From NCBI RefSeq assembly GCF_013167455.1, contig NZ_CP038328.1: a stretch of 64,000 bases of DNA; one strand, 5' to 3'. The notes beneath the pieces were generated by a model, which was not told the DNA's origin, did not search any database, and saw only the letters and a program-made list of their open reading frames with translations. This DNA comes from Escherichia coli O157:H7 (GTDB lineage Bacteria > Pseudomonadota > Gammaproteobacteria > Enterobacterales > Enterobacteriaceae). A program made the translations under genes and the position numbers. Positions 40,121-55,384 of the stretch are shown here, in pieces. Each line of letters starts with the position of its first letter. The first letter of the stretch is position 1.

Positions 40121-40954
40121 ATGCAGAACAATGAGCAGACGGAATACAAAACCGTGCGCGGCTTAACCCGCGGTCTAATGTTATTAAATATGTTAAATAA
40201 ACTTGACGGCGGTGCCAGCGTCGGGCTGCTGGCGGAACTCAGCGGCCTGCATCGCACCACTGTGCGGCGACTGCTGGAGACGCTGCAGGAAGAGGGATAT
40301 GTCCGGCGTAGTCCCTCCGATGATAGTTTTCGTCTGACCATCAAAGTGCGGCAATTAAGCGAAGGATTTCGTGACGAACAGTGGATTTCTGCACTGGCGG
40401 CCCCACTGCTGGGCGATCTGTTGCGCGAAGTGGTATGGCCGACAGATGTGTCCACGCTGGATGTTGATGCAATGGTGGTACGCGAAACCACTCACCGTTT
40501 CAGCCGCTTATCCTTTCACCGGGCAATGGTCGGGCGGCGTTTACCGCTTCTGAAAACCGCCTCGGGCCTGACCTGGCTGGCCTTTTGCCCGGAACAAGAA
40601 CGCAAGGAATTAATCGAGATGTTAGCCTCCCGCCCCGGTGATGACTATCAACTGGCACGAGAACCGTTAAAGCTGGAAGCCATTCTGGCGCGCGCGCGCA
40701 AAGAGGGTTACGGACAGAACTACCGCGGCTGGGATCAGGAGGAGAAGATCGCCTCTATCGCCGTACCGCTGCGCAGTGAACAACGGGTGATTGGCTGTCT
40801 GAATCTGGTGTATATGGCGAGCGCAATGACCATCGAACAGGCAGCGGAAAAGCATCTTCCGGCACTACAACGGGTAGCAAAACAGATCGAAGAAGGGGTT
40901 GAATCGCAGGCTATTCTGGTGGCCGGACGGCGAAGCGGCGTGCATTTACGCTAG
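40121..40954 (+). CDS. mhpR: IclR-family activator of the mhp operon (277 aa; start at MQNNEQTEY)
   Basis: IclR-type HTH plus effector domain, divergent from mhpA. Confidence 0.9.
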   Translation: MQNNEQTEYKTVRGLTRGLMLLNMLNKLDGGASVGLLAELSGLHRTTVRRLLETLQEEGYVRRSPSDDSFRLTIKVRQLSEGFRDEQWISALAAPLLGDLLREVVWPTDVSTLDVDAMVVRETTHRFSRLSFHRAMVGRRLPLLKTASGLTWLAFCPEQERKELIEMLASRPGDDYQLAREPLKLEAILARARKEGYGQNYRGWDQEEKIASIAVPLRSEQRVIGCLNLVYMASAMTIEQAAEKHLPALQRVAKQIEEGVESQAILVAGRRSGVHLR

Positions 40955-41068
40955 TTACGCCAATGTGTAATTTGGCCCATTCTCATCGTTATTCGCCCAT
41001 TTGCCCACATGCACAGTACGGGCTGCACGCTACGCTAATGACATCAATACTGTGATGTGGAGCAAATC

Positions 41069-41845
41069 ATGAAAATTACGCAAATTCGTAATGCCACCCA
41101 AATTATCCAATACGCTGGCAAAACATTTCTTATCGACCCGTTACTCGCGCCTAAAGGAAGTTATCCGGGTTTTGCCGGAACGGCACGCGCAGAAATCCGC
41201 AATCCAACGGTAGAATTACCGTGCGATTTAACAACGTTACTCAACGTTGACGCCCTAATCGTGACCCATTTGCATGAAGATCACTGGGACGAAACAGCCT
41301 CCCGCGTCGTCCCTAAAGATAAACTGATTTATGTGCAAAATGAGCAAGATGCTGAATCACTGAATAAACAAGGATTTACGCATCTTACCGTACTTACCGA
41401 CGAGACTAAATTTGGCGATATTACTCTGCATAAAACGACAGGGCAGCACGGCTCCGATCGCACCTATGCCGACCCGGCGATGGCGAAGCGTTTAGGCGCA
41501 GCTTGCGGCGTTGTTTTCCAGCACCCGACAGAGAAAACGCTCTATCTGGCTGGCGATACCCTCTGGCGTGACGACGTCGAGGCTACAATGCTAACTTTCC
41601 AACCAGAAGTGGTTGTGTTGAATGCCGGATTTGCGCATGTTCTGGGGCATGGCGCGATAATTATGGGAGCAGAAGATATTCTCAAAACACATTTTACCCT
41701 CCCAGAAGCGCAAATTATCGCGACACATATGGAGGCCGTAAACCACTGTTTGCTGACGCGTGATGCGCTCAAGGAATACGCCAGAGATAATCAAATTATC
41801 GAATTTGTGAACGTACCAGAAGATGGTGAAACGTTGACATTCTAA
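41069..41845 (+). CDS. Metallo-beta-lactamase-fold hydrolase (about 258 aa), function unknown
   Basis: HxHxDH zinc motif THLHEDHWDE; GGAG RBS 6 nt upstream of the ATG. Confidence 0.75.
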   Translation: MKITQIRNATQIIQYAGKTFLIDPLLAPKGSYPGFAGTARAEIRNPTVELPCDLTTLLNVDALIVTHLHEDHWDETASRVVPKDKLIYVQNEQDAESLNKQGFTHLTVLTDETKFGDITLHKTTGQHGSDRTYADPAMAKRLGAACGVVFQHPTEKTLYLAGDTLWRDDVEATMLTFQPEVVVLNAGFAHVLGHGAIIMGAEDILKTHFTLPEAQIIATHMEAVNHCLLTRDALKEYARDNQIIEFVNVPEDGETLTF

Positions 41846-41864
41846 TTCGGAGATAAAGAGTGTT

Positions 41865-42818
41865 ATGCGCCCGCTAACTGTTGCCATTATCGCCGTTGCC
41901 GGTTTTAGTCCTTTTCACCTTTCCGTACCGTTTATCGTGTTTAGTGAAAAGATGGCGGAGAAAAAACGCTTTCACGTGATTATTTGCGCTGAAAAGCCGG
42001 GAAACGTGGACTCTGCCGATGGGTTTTCCGTAACCGCCACCCATGACTATACCGCAGTCATCCAGGCAGATATTGTGATAATTCCTTACTGGGGAACCAT
42101 TACACAAAAACCGCCACAAAAACTGCTGGAAGCCTTAACGACCGCACGGGATAACGGCGCACAGATTGTCGGGCTTTGCCTGGGCACGTTTGTGCTCGGC
42201 TATGCAGGTTTACTGAAAAATAAGCGTGCCGCCACGCACTGGGAGTTCGAGCGTGAATTTCAGGCACGTTTTCCACAAACACATCTGGATATTAACGCGT
42301 TGTACGTAGACGATGACGGCATTATTACCTCTGCCGGTACTGCCGCGGCGCTGGATTGCTGTTTGTATATTGTTCGGCAACATTTTGGCAGCGACTATGC
42401 TAACCATATTGCCCGACGGATGGTCGTACCGCCATATCGCACCGGCGGTCAGGCGCAGTTTATTGAGCAACCGGTGCCGAAAAATACCCATGATGAACGC
42501 ATAAACCTCCTGCTGGATTACCTGCGGCAAAACATTGCGCAACAGCATGATCTCGACTCGCTGGCGCAGCGAGTAATGATGAGTCGCCGCACATTAACTC
42601 GCCATTTTATGAAAGCGACCGGTTCGAGTATCGCCGAATGGCTCATTACTGAACGCTTACGCCGTAGCCAGGAACTGTTGGGATCCAGTCAGTTGCCCGT
42701 TGAGCGGATAGCGGCTGAGGTGGGTTTTCTCTCACCTGTGACCTGGCGTCAGCATTTTAAATCTCACTTCGGCGTCAGCCCCGCCGAATGGCGCAAAACC
42801 TTTCGCGGTATGGCATGA
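41865..42818 (+). CDS. GlxA-type AraC-family transcriptional regulator (DJ-1/PfpI-like N-terminal domain plus AraC HTH), 317 aa
   Basis: N-terminal class-I glutamine-amidotransferase-like domain with conserved Cys (GLCLGTF) and C-terminal AraC HTH. Confidence 0.8.
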   Translation: MRPLTVAIIAVAGFSPFHLSVPFIVFSEKMAEKKRFHVIICAEKPGNVDSADGFSVTATHDYTAVIQADIVIIPYWGTITQKPPQKLLEALTTARDNGAQIVGLCLGTFVLGYAGLLKNKRAATHWEFEREFQARFPQTHLDINALYVDDDGIITSAGTAAALDCCLYIVRQHFGSDYANHIARRMVVPPYRTGGQAQFIEQPVPKNTHDERINLLLDYLRQNIAQQHDLDSLAQRVMMSRRTLTRHFMKATGSSIAEWLITERLRRSQELLGSSQLPVERIAAEVGFLSPVTWRQHFKSHFGVSPAEWRKTFRGMA

Positions 42819-42819
42819 T
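42791..42819 (+). promoter_or_regulatory. lacI promoter (-35 GCGCAA, -10 CATGAT) lying inside the 3' end of the upstream AraC-family gene
   Basis: Sequence GCGCAAAACCTTTCGCGGTATGGCATGATAGCGCCCGGAAGAGAGTCAATTCAGGGTGGTGAATGTG matches the remembered K-12 lacI promoter. Confidence 0.8.
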
Positions 42820-42854
42820 AGCGCCCGGAAGAGAGTCAATTCAGGGTGGTGAAT

Positions 42855-43937
42855 GTGAAACCAGTAACGCTATACGATGTCGCAGAGTATGCCGGTGTCT
42901 CTTATCAGACCGTTTCCCGCGTGGTGAATCAGGCCAGCCACGTTTCTGCGAAAACGCGGGAAAAAGTGGAAGCGGCGATGGCGGAGCTGAATTACATTCC
43001 CAACCGCGTGGCACAACAACTGGCGGGGAAACAGTCGTTGCTGATTGGCGTTGCCACCTCCAGTCTGGCCCTGCACGCGCCGTCGCAAATTGTCGCGGCG
43101 ATTAAATCTCGCGCCGATCAACTGGGTGCCAGCGTGGTGGTGTCGATGGTAGAACGAAGCGGCGTCGAAGCCTGTAAAGCGGCAGTGCACAATCTTCTCG
43201 CGCAACGCGTCAGTGGGCTGATCATTAACTATCCGCTGGATGACCAGGATGCCATTGCTGTGGAAGCTGCCTGCGCTAATGTTCCGGCGTTATTTCTTGA
43301 TGTCTCTGACCAGACTCCCATCAACAGTATTATTTTCTCCCATGAAGACGGTACGCGACTGGGCGTGGAGCATCTGGTCGCATTGGGTCACCAGCAAATC
43401 GCGCTGTTAGCGGGCCCATTAAGTTCTGTCTCGGCGCGTCTGCGTCTGGCGGGCTGGCATAAATATCTCACTCGCAATCAAATTCAGCCGATAGCGGAAC
43501 GGGAGGGCGACTGGAGTGCCATGTCCGGTTTTCAACAAACCATGCAAATGCTAAATGAGGGCATCGTTCCCACTGCGATGCTGGTTGCCAACGATCAGAT
43601 GGCGCTGGGCGCAATGCGCGCCATTACCGAGTCCGGGTTGCGCGTTGGTGCGGATATCTCGGTAGTGGGATACGACGATACCGAAGACAGCTCGTGTTAT
43701 ATCCCGCCGTTAACCACCATCAAACAGGATTTTCGCCTGCTGGGGCAAACCAGCGTGGACCGCTTGCTGCAACTCTCTCAGGGCCAGGCGGTGAAGGGCA
43801 ATCAGCTGTTGCCCGTCTCACTGGTGAAAAGAAAAACCACCCTGGCGCCCAAGACGCAAACCGCTTCTCCCCGCGCGTTGGCCGATTCATTAATGCAGCT
43901 GGCACGACAAGTTTCCCGACTGGAAAGCGGGCAGTGA
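42855..43937 (+). CDS. lacI: Lactose repressor, GTG start
   Basis: VKPVTLYDVAEYAGVSYQTVSRV... 360 aa. Confidence 0.95.
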   Translation: MKPVTLYDVAEYAGVSYQTVSRVVNQASHVSAKTREKVEAAMAELNYIPNRVAQQLAGKQSLLIGVATSSLALHAPSQIVAAIKSRADQLGASVVVSMVERSGVEACKAAVHNLLAQRVSGLIINYPLDDQDAIAVEAACANVPALFLDVSDQTPINSIIFSHEDGTRLGVEHLVALGHQQIALLAGPLSSVSARLRLAGWHKYLTRNQIQPIAEREGDWSAMSGFQQTMQMLNEGIVPTAMLVANDQMALGAMRAITESGLRVGADISVVGYDDTEDSSCYIPPLTTIKQDFRLLGQTSVDRLLQLSQGQAVKGNQLLPVSLVKRKTTLAPKTQTASPRALADSLMQLARQVSRLESGQ

Positions 43938-43950
43938 GCGCAACGCAATT
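43930..43950 (+). promoter_or_regulatory. lac auxiliary operator O3 (GGCAGTGAGCGCAACGCAATT) overlapping the lacI 3' end
   Basis: Matches the K-12 O3 sequence. Confidence 0.8.
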
Positions 43951-43972
43951 AATGTGAGTCAGCTCACTCATT
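43950..43972 (+). promoter_or_regulatory. CAP/CRP binding site of the lac promoter (TAATGTGAGTCAGCTCACTCATT); one central substitution relative to K-12
   Basis: Read directly; K-12 has GAGTTAGCTC. Confidence 0.8.
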
Positions 43973-43985
43973 AGGCACCCCACGC

Positions 43986-44015
43986 TTTACACTCTATGCG
44001 TCCGGCTCGTATGTT
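43986..44015 (+). promoter_or_regulatory. lac promoter -35 TTTACA and -10 TATGTT
   Basis: Hexamers with 18-bp spacing as in K-12 Plac; the spacer carries two substitutions relative to K-12. Confidence 0.85.
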
Positions 44016-44021
44016 GTGTGA

Positions 44022-47134
<3,113 letters not shown>

Positions 47135-47140
47135 TAATAA

Positions 47141-48439
<1,299 letters not shown>

Positions 48440-48448
48440 GCAATCAAT

Positions 48449-48478
48449 GTCGGATGCGGCGCGAGCGCCTTATCCGAC
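48449..48478. repeat. REP element between lacY and lacA
   Basis: GTCGGATGCGGCGCGAGCGCCTTATCCGAC read directly. Confidence 0.8.
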
Positions 48479-48504
48479 CAACATATCATAACGGAATGAT
48501 CGCA

Positions 48505-49116
48505 ATGAACATGTCGATGACAGAAAGAATAAAAGCAGGCAAGCTATTTACCGATATGTGCGAAGGCTTACCTGAAAAAAGACTTCGTAGAAAAACGTTA
48601 ATGTATGAGTTTAATCACTCGCATCCATCAGAAGTTGATAAAAGAGAAAGCCTGATTAAAGAAATGTTTGCCACGGTAGGGGAAAACGCCTGGGTAGAAC
48701 CCCCCGTCTATTTCTCTTACGGTTCCAACATCCATATAGGCCGCAATTTTTATGCAAATTTCAATTTAACCATTGTCGATGACTACACGGTAACAATCGG
48801 TGATAACGTATTGATTGCACCCAACGTTACTCTTTCCGTTACGGGACACCCTGTACACCATGAATTGAGAAAAAACGGTGAGATGTACTCTTTTCCGATA
48901 ACGATTGGCAATAACGTCTGGATCGGAAGTCATGTGGTTATTAATCCAGGCGTCACCATTGGGGATAATTCTGTTATTGGCGCGGGTAGTATCGTCACAA
49001 AAGACATTCCACCAAACGTCGTGGCGGCTGGCGTTCCTTGTCGGGTTATTCGCGAAATAAACGACCGGGATAAGCAATATTATTTCAGAGATTACAAAGT
49101 TGAATCGTCAGTTTAA
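48505..49116 (+). CDS. lacA: Galactoside O-acetyltransferase (203 aa; start at MNMSMTER)
   Basis: Hexapeptide-repeat acetyltransferase; listed ORF extends upstream through the REP element. Confidence 0.9.
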   Translation: MNMSMTERIKAGKLFTDMCEGLPEKRLRRKTLMYEFNHSHPSEVDKRESLIKEMFATVGENAWVEPPVYFSYGSNIHIGRNFYANFNLTIVDDYTVTIGDNVLIAPNVTLSVTGHPVHHELRKNGEMYSFPITIGNNVWIGSHVVINPGVTIGDNSVIGAGSIVTKDIPPNVVAAGVPCRVIREINDRDKQYYFRDYKVESSV

Positions 49117-49126
49117 ATTATAAAAA

Positions 49127-49200
49127 TTGCCTGATACGCTTCGCTTATCAGGCCTACAAATTCAGTGATCTATGTAGGCCGCATCCGGCGTGAACAAAGC
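49127..49200. repeat. Pair of REP elements between convergent lacA and cynX
   Basis: GCCTGATACGCTTCGCTTATCAGGCCTAC and GTAGGCCGCATCCGGCG read directly. Confidence 0.8.
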
Positions 49201-49218
49201 GCAGAAACAAGCGTCGCA

Positions 49219-50373
49219 TCATGCCTCTTTGACCCACAGCTGCGGAAAACGTGCTGGTGCAAAACGCAGGGTTATAATCATCAGCCCTACGACGCACAGC
49301 GCATGAAACGCCCAGTCCATCAAGTAATTGCCGCTGATACTACGCAGCACGCCAGAAAACCACGGGGCAAGCCCGGCGATGATAAAACCGATTCCCTGCA
49401 TAAACGCCACCAGCTTGCCAGCAATAGCCGGTTGCACAGAGTGATCGAGCGCCAGCAGCAAACAGAGCGGAAATGCGCCGCCCAGACCTAAACCACACAC
49501 CATCGCCCACAATACCGGCAATTGCAGCGGCAGCCAGATAAAGCCGCAGAAACCCACCAGTTGTAACGCCAGCGCCAGCATTAACAGTTTGCGCCGATCC
49601 TGATGGCGAGCCATAGCAGGCATCAGCAAAGCTCCTGCGGCTTGCCCAAGCGTCATCAATGCCAGCAAGGAACCGCTGTACTGCGCGCTGGCACCAATCT
49701 CAATATAGAAGGCGGGTAACCAGGCAATCAGGCTGGCGTAACCACCGTTAATCAGACCGAAGTAAACACCCAGCGTCCACGCGCGAGGAGTGAAAACCAC
49801 GCGAACCGGAATGGTTGTTGTCTTGTGGGAAGAGGCGACCTCGCGGGTGCTTTGCCACCACCAGGCAAAGAGCGCAACAACGGCAGGCAGCGCCCACCAG
49901 GCGAGTGTTTGATACCAGGTTTCGCTATGTTGAACTAACCAGGGTGTCAGGGCGGCACCAAGCCCACCGCCGCCCATCAGAGCCGCGGACCACAGCCCCA
50001 TCACCAGTGGCGTGCGCTGCTGAAACCGCCGTTTAATCACCGAAGGCATCACCGCCTGAATGATGCCGATCCCCACCCCACCGAGCAGTGCGCTGCTAAG
50101 CAGCAGCGCACTTTGAGGGTAAAGCTCACGCATCAATGCACCGACGGCAATCAGTAACAAACTGATGGCGACGCTGCGACGTTCGCTGACATGCTGATGA
50201 AGCCAGCTTCCGGCCAGCGCCAGCCCGCCCATGGTAACCACCGGCAGAGCGGTCAACAGGGCAGCCACGCTAAAGCTCATTCCGCTTGCCTGGCGCAATT
50301 GCGGTAGCAGTGGCCCGACGGAGGTGAGCAGTGGTCGCATATTAAGACCAATCAGCACCAGAACCAGCAGCAT
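49219..50373 (-). CDS. cynX: Cyanate MFS transporter (384 aa; start at MLLVLVLIGLN)
   Basis: 12-TM MFS protein downstream of cynS. Confidence 0.9.
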   Translation of the reverse strand: MLLVLVLIGLNMRPLLTSVGPLLPQLRQASGMSFSVAALLTALPVVTMGGLALAGSWLHQHVSERRSVAISLLLIAVGALMRELYPQSALLLSSALLGGVGIGIIQAVMPSVIKRRFQQRTPLVMGLWSAALMGGGGLGAALTPWLVQHSETWYQTLAWWALPAVVALFAWWWQSTREVASSHKTTTIPVRVVFTPRAWTLGVYFGLINGGYASLIAWLPAFYIEIGASAQYSGSLLALMTLGQAAGALLMPAMARHQDRRKLLMLALALQLVGFCGFIWLPLQLPVLWAMVCGLGLGGAFPLCLLLALDHSVQPAIAGKLVAFMQGIGFIIAGLAPWFSGVLRSISGNYLMDWAFHALCVVGLMIITLRFAPARFPQLWVKEA

Positions 50374-50405
50374 CGTGAACGTCTTTTGATGGTTACGCAT
50401 GGCTG

Positions 50406-50894
<489 letters not shown>

Positions 50895-50906
50895 TTAAAA
50901 ATAAGG

Positions 50907-51566
50907 TTACGCTGCGGTCGGTTGGCGTAGCGGTATGGCACAAACGCGAGGATTAGCTGCCAGTGGCACAAACTGGCGGGTTGCGCCGTCAAACGCTGCG
51001 ATGCTGCCGCTTTCAATGTCGTAGACCCAGCCGTGCAGGGCGATCCGCCCCTCTTCGAGCGCCAGGCGCACCGATGGATGAGTTTGCAAATTAGCCAACT
51101 GAGCAATGACGTTTTCACGTACCATCGCCGCAGCTTTTGACGGTAAATCGGAATGCGGGCGCGCCTCATTAACGACGCGGGCTGAATCGGCATAACGCAG
51201 CCAGTGGGAGACGGCAGGCATATGGTCCATGCACTGACAGCTGGCAATGGCGGTCATCGCGCCACAGTTGGAATGACCGCAAATCACAATGTCAGATACC
51301 CGAAGCGCAGCGACGGCATACTCCACCGAAGCAGAAACGCCACCGGGTTCCGGCCCGTAGGAAGGGACGATATTGCCCGCATTGCGAATAACGAAAAGAT
51401 CGCCAGGCTCACGTTGCGTCACCAGCTCAGGGACCAGACGGCTGTCGGAGCAGGAGATAAAAAGTGTGCGCGGGCTTTGCTGTGTCGCCAACTGTTTAAA
51501 TAAGGCTTCCCGCTTCGGAAATGCCTCGCGCTGGAATTTAAGGAATCCATCAATAATCTCTTTCAC
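50907..51566 (-). CDS. cynT: Beta-class carbonic anhydrase
   Basis: 219 aa with CSDSR and HSNCG zinc-ligand motifs. Confidence 0.9.
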
Positions 51567-51675
51567 CGTTAACCTCTATCTGTCTCTGGAATGAGAGGCA
51601 GACTACTCGCCGATTGTCATAAGGTAAAAGTCTCATTTATGATGAGTTCTATTGAATTTACTTATAGGTTGGCGA

Positions 51676-52575
51676 ATGCTCTCTCGACATATCAATTATT
51701 TTCTTGCCGTGGCTGAACATGGCAGCTTCACCCGTGCCGCCAGTGCGTTGCACGTCTCTCAGCCTGCGCTTTCCCAGCAGATTCGCCAGTTAGAGGAGAG
51801 TTTAGGCGTGCCGCTGTTTGACCGTAGCGGGCGAACGATTCATCTCACTGATGCAGGAGAAGTCTGGCGACAGTACGCCAGCCGGGCGTTACAGGAACTG
51901 GGAGCGGGTAAACGGGCGATTCATGATGTTGCCGATCTGACGAGAGGATCGCTGCGTATCGCCGTCACCCCCACCTTTACGAGCTACTTTATCGGCCCCT
52001 TAATGGCGGATTTCTATGCGCGCTACCCCGGCATCACGCTCCAGCTACAGGAAATGTCGCAGGAGAAAATCGAAGATCTGCTTTGTCGCGACGAGCTGGA
52101 CGTTGGGATTGCCTTCGCGCCTGTGCATTTGCCGGAGCTGGAGGCAATTCCTTTACTGACAGAAAGTTTAGCGTTAGTCGTGGCGCAACATCATCCGCTG
52201 GCTGCCTGTGAACAGGTGGCGTTGAGTCGCTTGCATGATGAAAAACTGGTCCTGCTCAGCGCGGAATTTGCCACCAGAGAGCAGATTGACCACTACTGCG
52301 AGAAAGCGGGGCTGCATCCACAGGTGGTCATTGAGGCGAACTCAATTAGCGCGGTTCTGGAGCTGATTCGCCGCACTTCCCTTTCCACATTGTTACCAGC
52401 AGCGATTGCCACACAACATGACGGGCTTAAAGCGATTCCTCTTGCCCCGCCACTACTGGAGAGAACGGCGGTTTTGTTGCGGCGGAAAAATAGCTGGCAG
52501 ACAGCCGCCGCGAAGGCATTTTTGCACATGGCGTTGGAGGAATGTGCGGATGTTGGCGAGAATGAATCGCGGTAA
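51676..52575 (+). CDS. cynR: LysR-type regulator of the cyn operon (299 aa; start at MLSRHINYF)
   Basis: LysR HTH N-terminus; divergent from cynT. Confidence 0.9.
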
Positions 52576-52588
52576 CCACTGACACAAT

Positions 52589-52670
52589 TGCCTGATGCGT
52601 TACGCTTATCAGGCCTACGAGTTCAGTGCTCTACGTAGGCCTGATAAGGCGTTCAAGCCGCATCCGGCAT
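52589..52670. repeat. REP elements between convergent cynR and codA
   Basis: GCCTGATGCGTTACGCTTATCAGGCCTAC and GTAGGCCTGATAAGGCGTTCAAGCCGCATCCGGC read directly. Confidence 0.8.
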
Positions 52671-52707
52671 AAACTACGCTCGCTTTGTCAACACACAGCC
52701 CAGCCGA

Positions 52708-53991
52708 TCACCGTTTGTAATCGATGGCTTCCGGCTGCTCCAGATATACGGTGGTTTGTGCCGGTTGTGTGCTGGCAATCACCTTGCCGCCACGTACCGA
52801 ATAACGTACCGGAACCTGACGGCGCAGCGCATCAAATCCATTTTCAGCCGGCAGGATAATCAGGTTGGCGCTGTTTCCGGCGGCAATGCTGTAATCCTGC
52901 AAATTCAACGTCCTGGCGCTGTGGTGGGTGATTAAATTCAGGCCATCGTTAATCTGCCCATAGCCCATCAGCTGGCAAACATGCAGCCCCATATGCAGCA
53001 CTTGCAGCATATTCGCCGTTCCCAGCGGATACCACGGATCGAAGACATCATCGTGACCAAAGCAGACGTTAATGCCGGACTCCAGCATCTCTTTAACGCG
53101 CGTGATGCCGCGACGTTTTGGATACGTATCGAATCGTCCTTGCAGATGAATATTGACCAGCGGGTTGGCGACAAAGTTAATACCGGACATTTTCAGCAAG
53201 CGGAACAGACGTGAGGTATACGCCCCGTTATAAGAGTGCATTGCCGTGGTGTGGCTGGCGGTGACTCGCGCGCCCATGCCTTCACGGTGCGCCAGGGCAG
53301 CAACGGTTTCGACAAAGCGCGACTGCTCGTCATCGATCTCATCACAGTGAACGTCGATGAGACGGTCGTATTTTTGCGCCAGGGCGAAGGTTTTATGCAG
53401 CGACTCCACGCCGTATTCACGGGTAAATTCAAAATGCGGAATCGCCCCCACTACATCTGCCCCTAAGCGTAACGCCTCTTCCAGCAACGCTTCACCGTTG
53501 GGATACGACAAAATCCCTTCCTGAGGGAAGGCGACGATTTGCAGATCAATCCACGGCGCGACTTCCAGCTTCACTTCCAGCATTGCTTTCAGCGCAGTTA
53601 GCGTTGCATCCGAAACATCGACATGGGTACGCACATGCTGAATGCCGTTGGCAATCTGCCATTTCAGCGTTTGCCATGCGCGTTGTTTCACATCGTCATG
53701 GGTTAATAACGCTTTGCGCTCGGCCCAGCGTTCAATGCCTTCAAACAGCGTGCCGGACTGATTCCAGTTCGGTTGTCCGGCGGTTTGCGTGGTGTCCAGG
53801 TGAATATGTGGCTCCACAAACGGCGGTATAACTAAACCTTGTTCGGCATCCAGGCTGTTTTCAGTTATGGGCATCACGCCGGATTGCGCATCAATGGCGC
53901 TGATTTTTCCGTCCTGCAGATGAATCTGCCACAGCCCCTCTTTGCCTGGCAACCGGGCGTTAATAATTGTTTGTAAAGCGTTATTCGACAC
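52708..53991 (-). CDS. codA: Cytosine deaminase, GTG start (427 aa)
   Basis: Amidohydrolase with HIHLD metal-binding motif; overlaps the codB 3' end by 11 nt. Confidence 0.9.
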   Translation of the reverse strand: MSNNALQTIINARLPGKEGLWQIHLQDGKISAIDAQSGVMPITENSLDAEQGLVIPPFVEPHIHLDTTQTAGQPNWNQSGTLFEGIERWAERKALLTHDDVKQRAWQTLKWQIANGIQHVRTHVDVSDATLTALKAMLEVKLEVAPWIDLQIVAFPQEGILSYPNGEALLEEALRLGADVVGAIPHFEFTREYGVESLHKTFALAQKYDRLIDVHCDEIDDEQSRFVETVAALAHREGMGARVTASHTTAMHSYNGAYTSRLFRLLKMSGINFVANPLVNIHLQGRFDTYPKRRGITRVKEMLESGINVCFGHDDVFDPWYPLGTANMLQVLHMGLHVCQLMGYGQINDGLNLITHHSARTLNLQDYSIAAGNSANLIILPAENGFDALRRQVPVRYSVRGGKVIASTQPAQTTVYLEQPEAIDYKR

Positions 53992-55240
53992 TGTTAGCCT
54001 CCACATGCGTCATTGCTGCTGTCGTTTTACGATTCAAAATCGGGTTAAGGATCAGATAGCTCAGCGCGCCACCTAATACCGCGTTGACCGGAACAATTCC
54101 CGGTAACCAGTGGCCTGCAGCAATCCCCAGGGCGACCGCCAGAATCGCCACCCAATTGACACTCATCATACGCGTGGTCGCAAAGTGCTCATAGCGGCGA
54201 CGGTTCATCAGATAGTCGGCAATGATCACGCCACCCACTGGAGGAATAGCTGCCGAAAGGAAGGTCAACCAGCCGACAAAATTGTTATACAGCCATAATG
54301 CACAGACCGTACCGATAATACCGTTGATTACCGAAAGGGTTTTGCTCGACATCCCGGTAATGTTGGCGAAACCTAAACCCGACGCATAGAGCGCGTTATC
54401 GTTGGTGGTCCAGATATTTAGCCCCAGCACCACAATCGCAGGCAACAGCAGGCCCTGAGCAATCATCACATCAGAGATATCCGCCATCCCCAGTGCCGCA
54501 GCGCCCGCTGCACCGAAAATAAACATCAACGAGTTGCCGAGGAAAAAGGCCACCATCGCCACCAGCACCGCCAGTTTGGCATTGCGACCAAAGCGGACAA
54601 AGTCAGCGGTGAGCGTGCCCGCACTGATAAATGACCCCACAACCAGCGCCAGCGCGACATTGAAATCTAACGGTTGTGCGGGAACGACCGCTTTTAAGGC
54701 GTCCAGGCCGCCCATGCCGTTAACGGCCAGCCACACGGAATAACCGCCAAGACAGGCGATAGCCGGAACCGCAATCAACGAAAGAACCGTCAGCGCCGAA
54801 ATGCCAAAGAAGACGGTGACGGTCATCAGTAAACCGGAAACGGCAATCAGCAAATTAATATCCAGCCCGGTTGCCTTGCCCACCGGAATAGCAAACATCG
54901 CCACACCGACGCCAAACCAGCCAACCTGGGTGCCGCCCAGCAGCAGTGAAGGCAGCCATGAGCCTTTAACACCAAACGAGAAGCGAGCAAGAAGATGAGT
55001 GGTCAGGCCGGTTTTTGCGCCAATGTAACCGAGAAATGAAGTGTAAATACCGAGGAGAAGATTACCGATGAGAACTGCGAGGAAGAAATCATGATAGCTA
55101 AGACCGGTTCCGAGAGTGCCGCCGGTCCACATACTGGCGGAAAAGAAGGTTAATCCCAGCATGACGAACGTCAATGCCAATACCCCTTTCCGCGCCGACT
55201 GCGGGACCGGCCCCTGGCTAAAGTTGTTATCTTGCGACAC
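53981..55240 (-). CDS. codB: Cytosine permease (NCS1 family)
   Basis: 419 aa polytopic membrane protein. Confidence 0.9.
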   Translation of the reverse strand: MSQDNNFSQGPVPQSARKGVLALTFVMLGLTFFSASMWTGGTLGTGLSYHDFFLAVLIGNLLLGIYTSFLGYIGAKTGLTTHLLARFSFGVKGSWLPSLLLGGTQVGWFGVGVAMFAIPVGKATGLDINLLIAVSGLLMTVTVFFGISALTVLSLIAVPAIACLGGYSVWLAVNGMGGLDALKAVVPAQPLDFNVALALVVGSFISAGTLTADFVRFGRNAKLAVLVAMVAFFLGNSLMFIFGAAGAAALGMADISDVMIAQGLLLPAIVVLGLNIWTTNDNALYASGLGFANITGMSSKTLSVINGIIGTVCALWLYNNFVGWLTFLSAAIPPVGGVIIADYLMNRRRYEHFATTRMMSVNWVAILAVALGIAAGHWLPGIVPVNAVLGGALSYLILNPILNRKTTAAMTHVEANSVE

Positions 55241-55384
55241 GAAATTCCCCCTTTTTGCTGTTTGAAACCCAAAAAATCCGCCGCATTCTATTCATCTGAA
55301 GATAAAAAGCAATCGTTTTCGTGGGGAAATATATTTTTTATATGAATGAGTGCAAAAAGGTGGGGGGAAAATTATCGGTGTAAA

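Noticed and set aside
41057-41068. GTG start (41057) for the MBL-fold gene as listed in the ORF track
   Set aside because: The ATG at 41069 has a GGAG RBS at ideal spacing; the upstream GTG would place the RBS inside the coding sequence.
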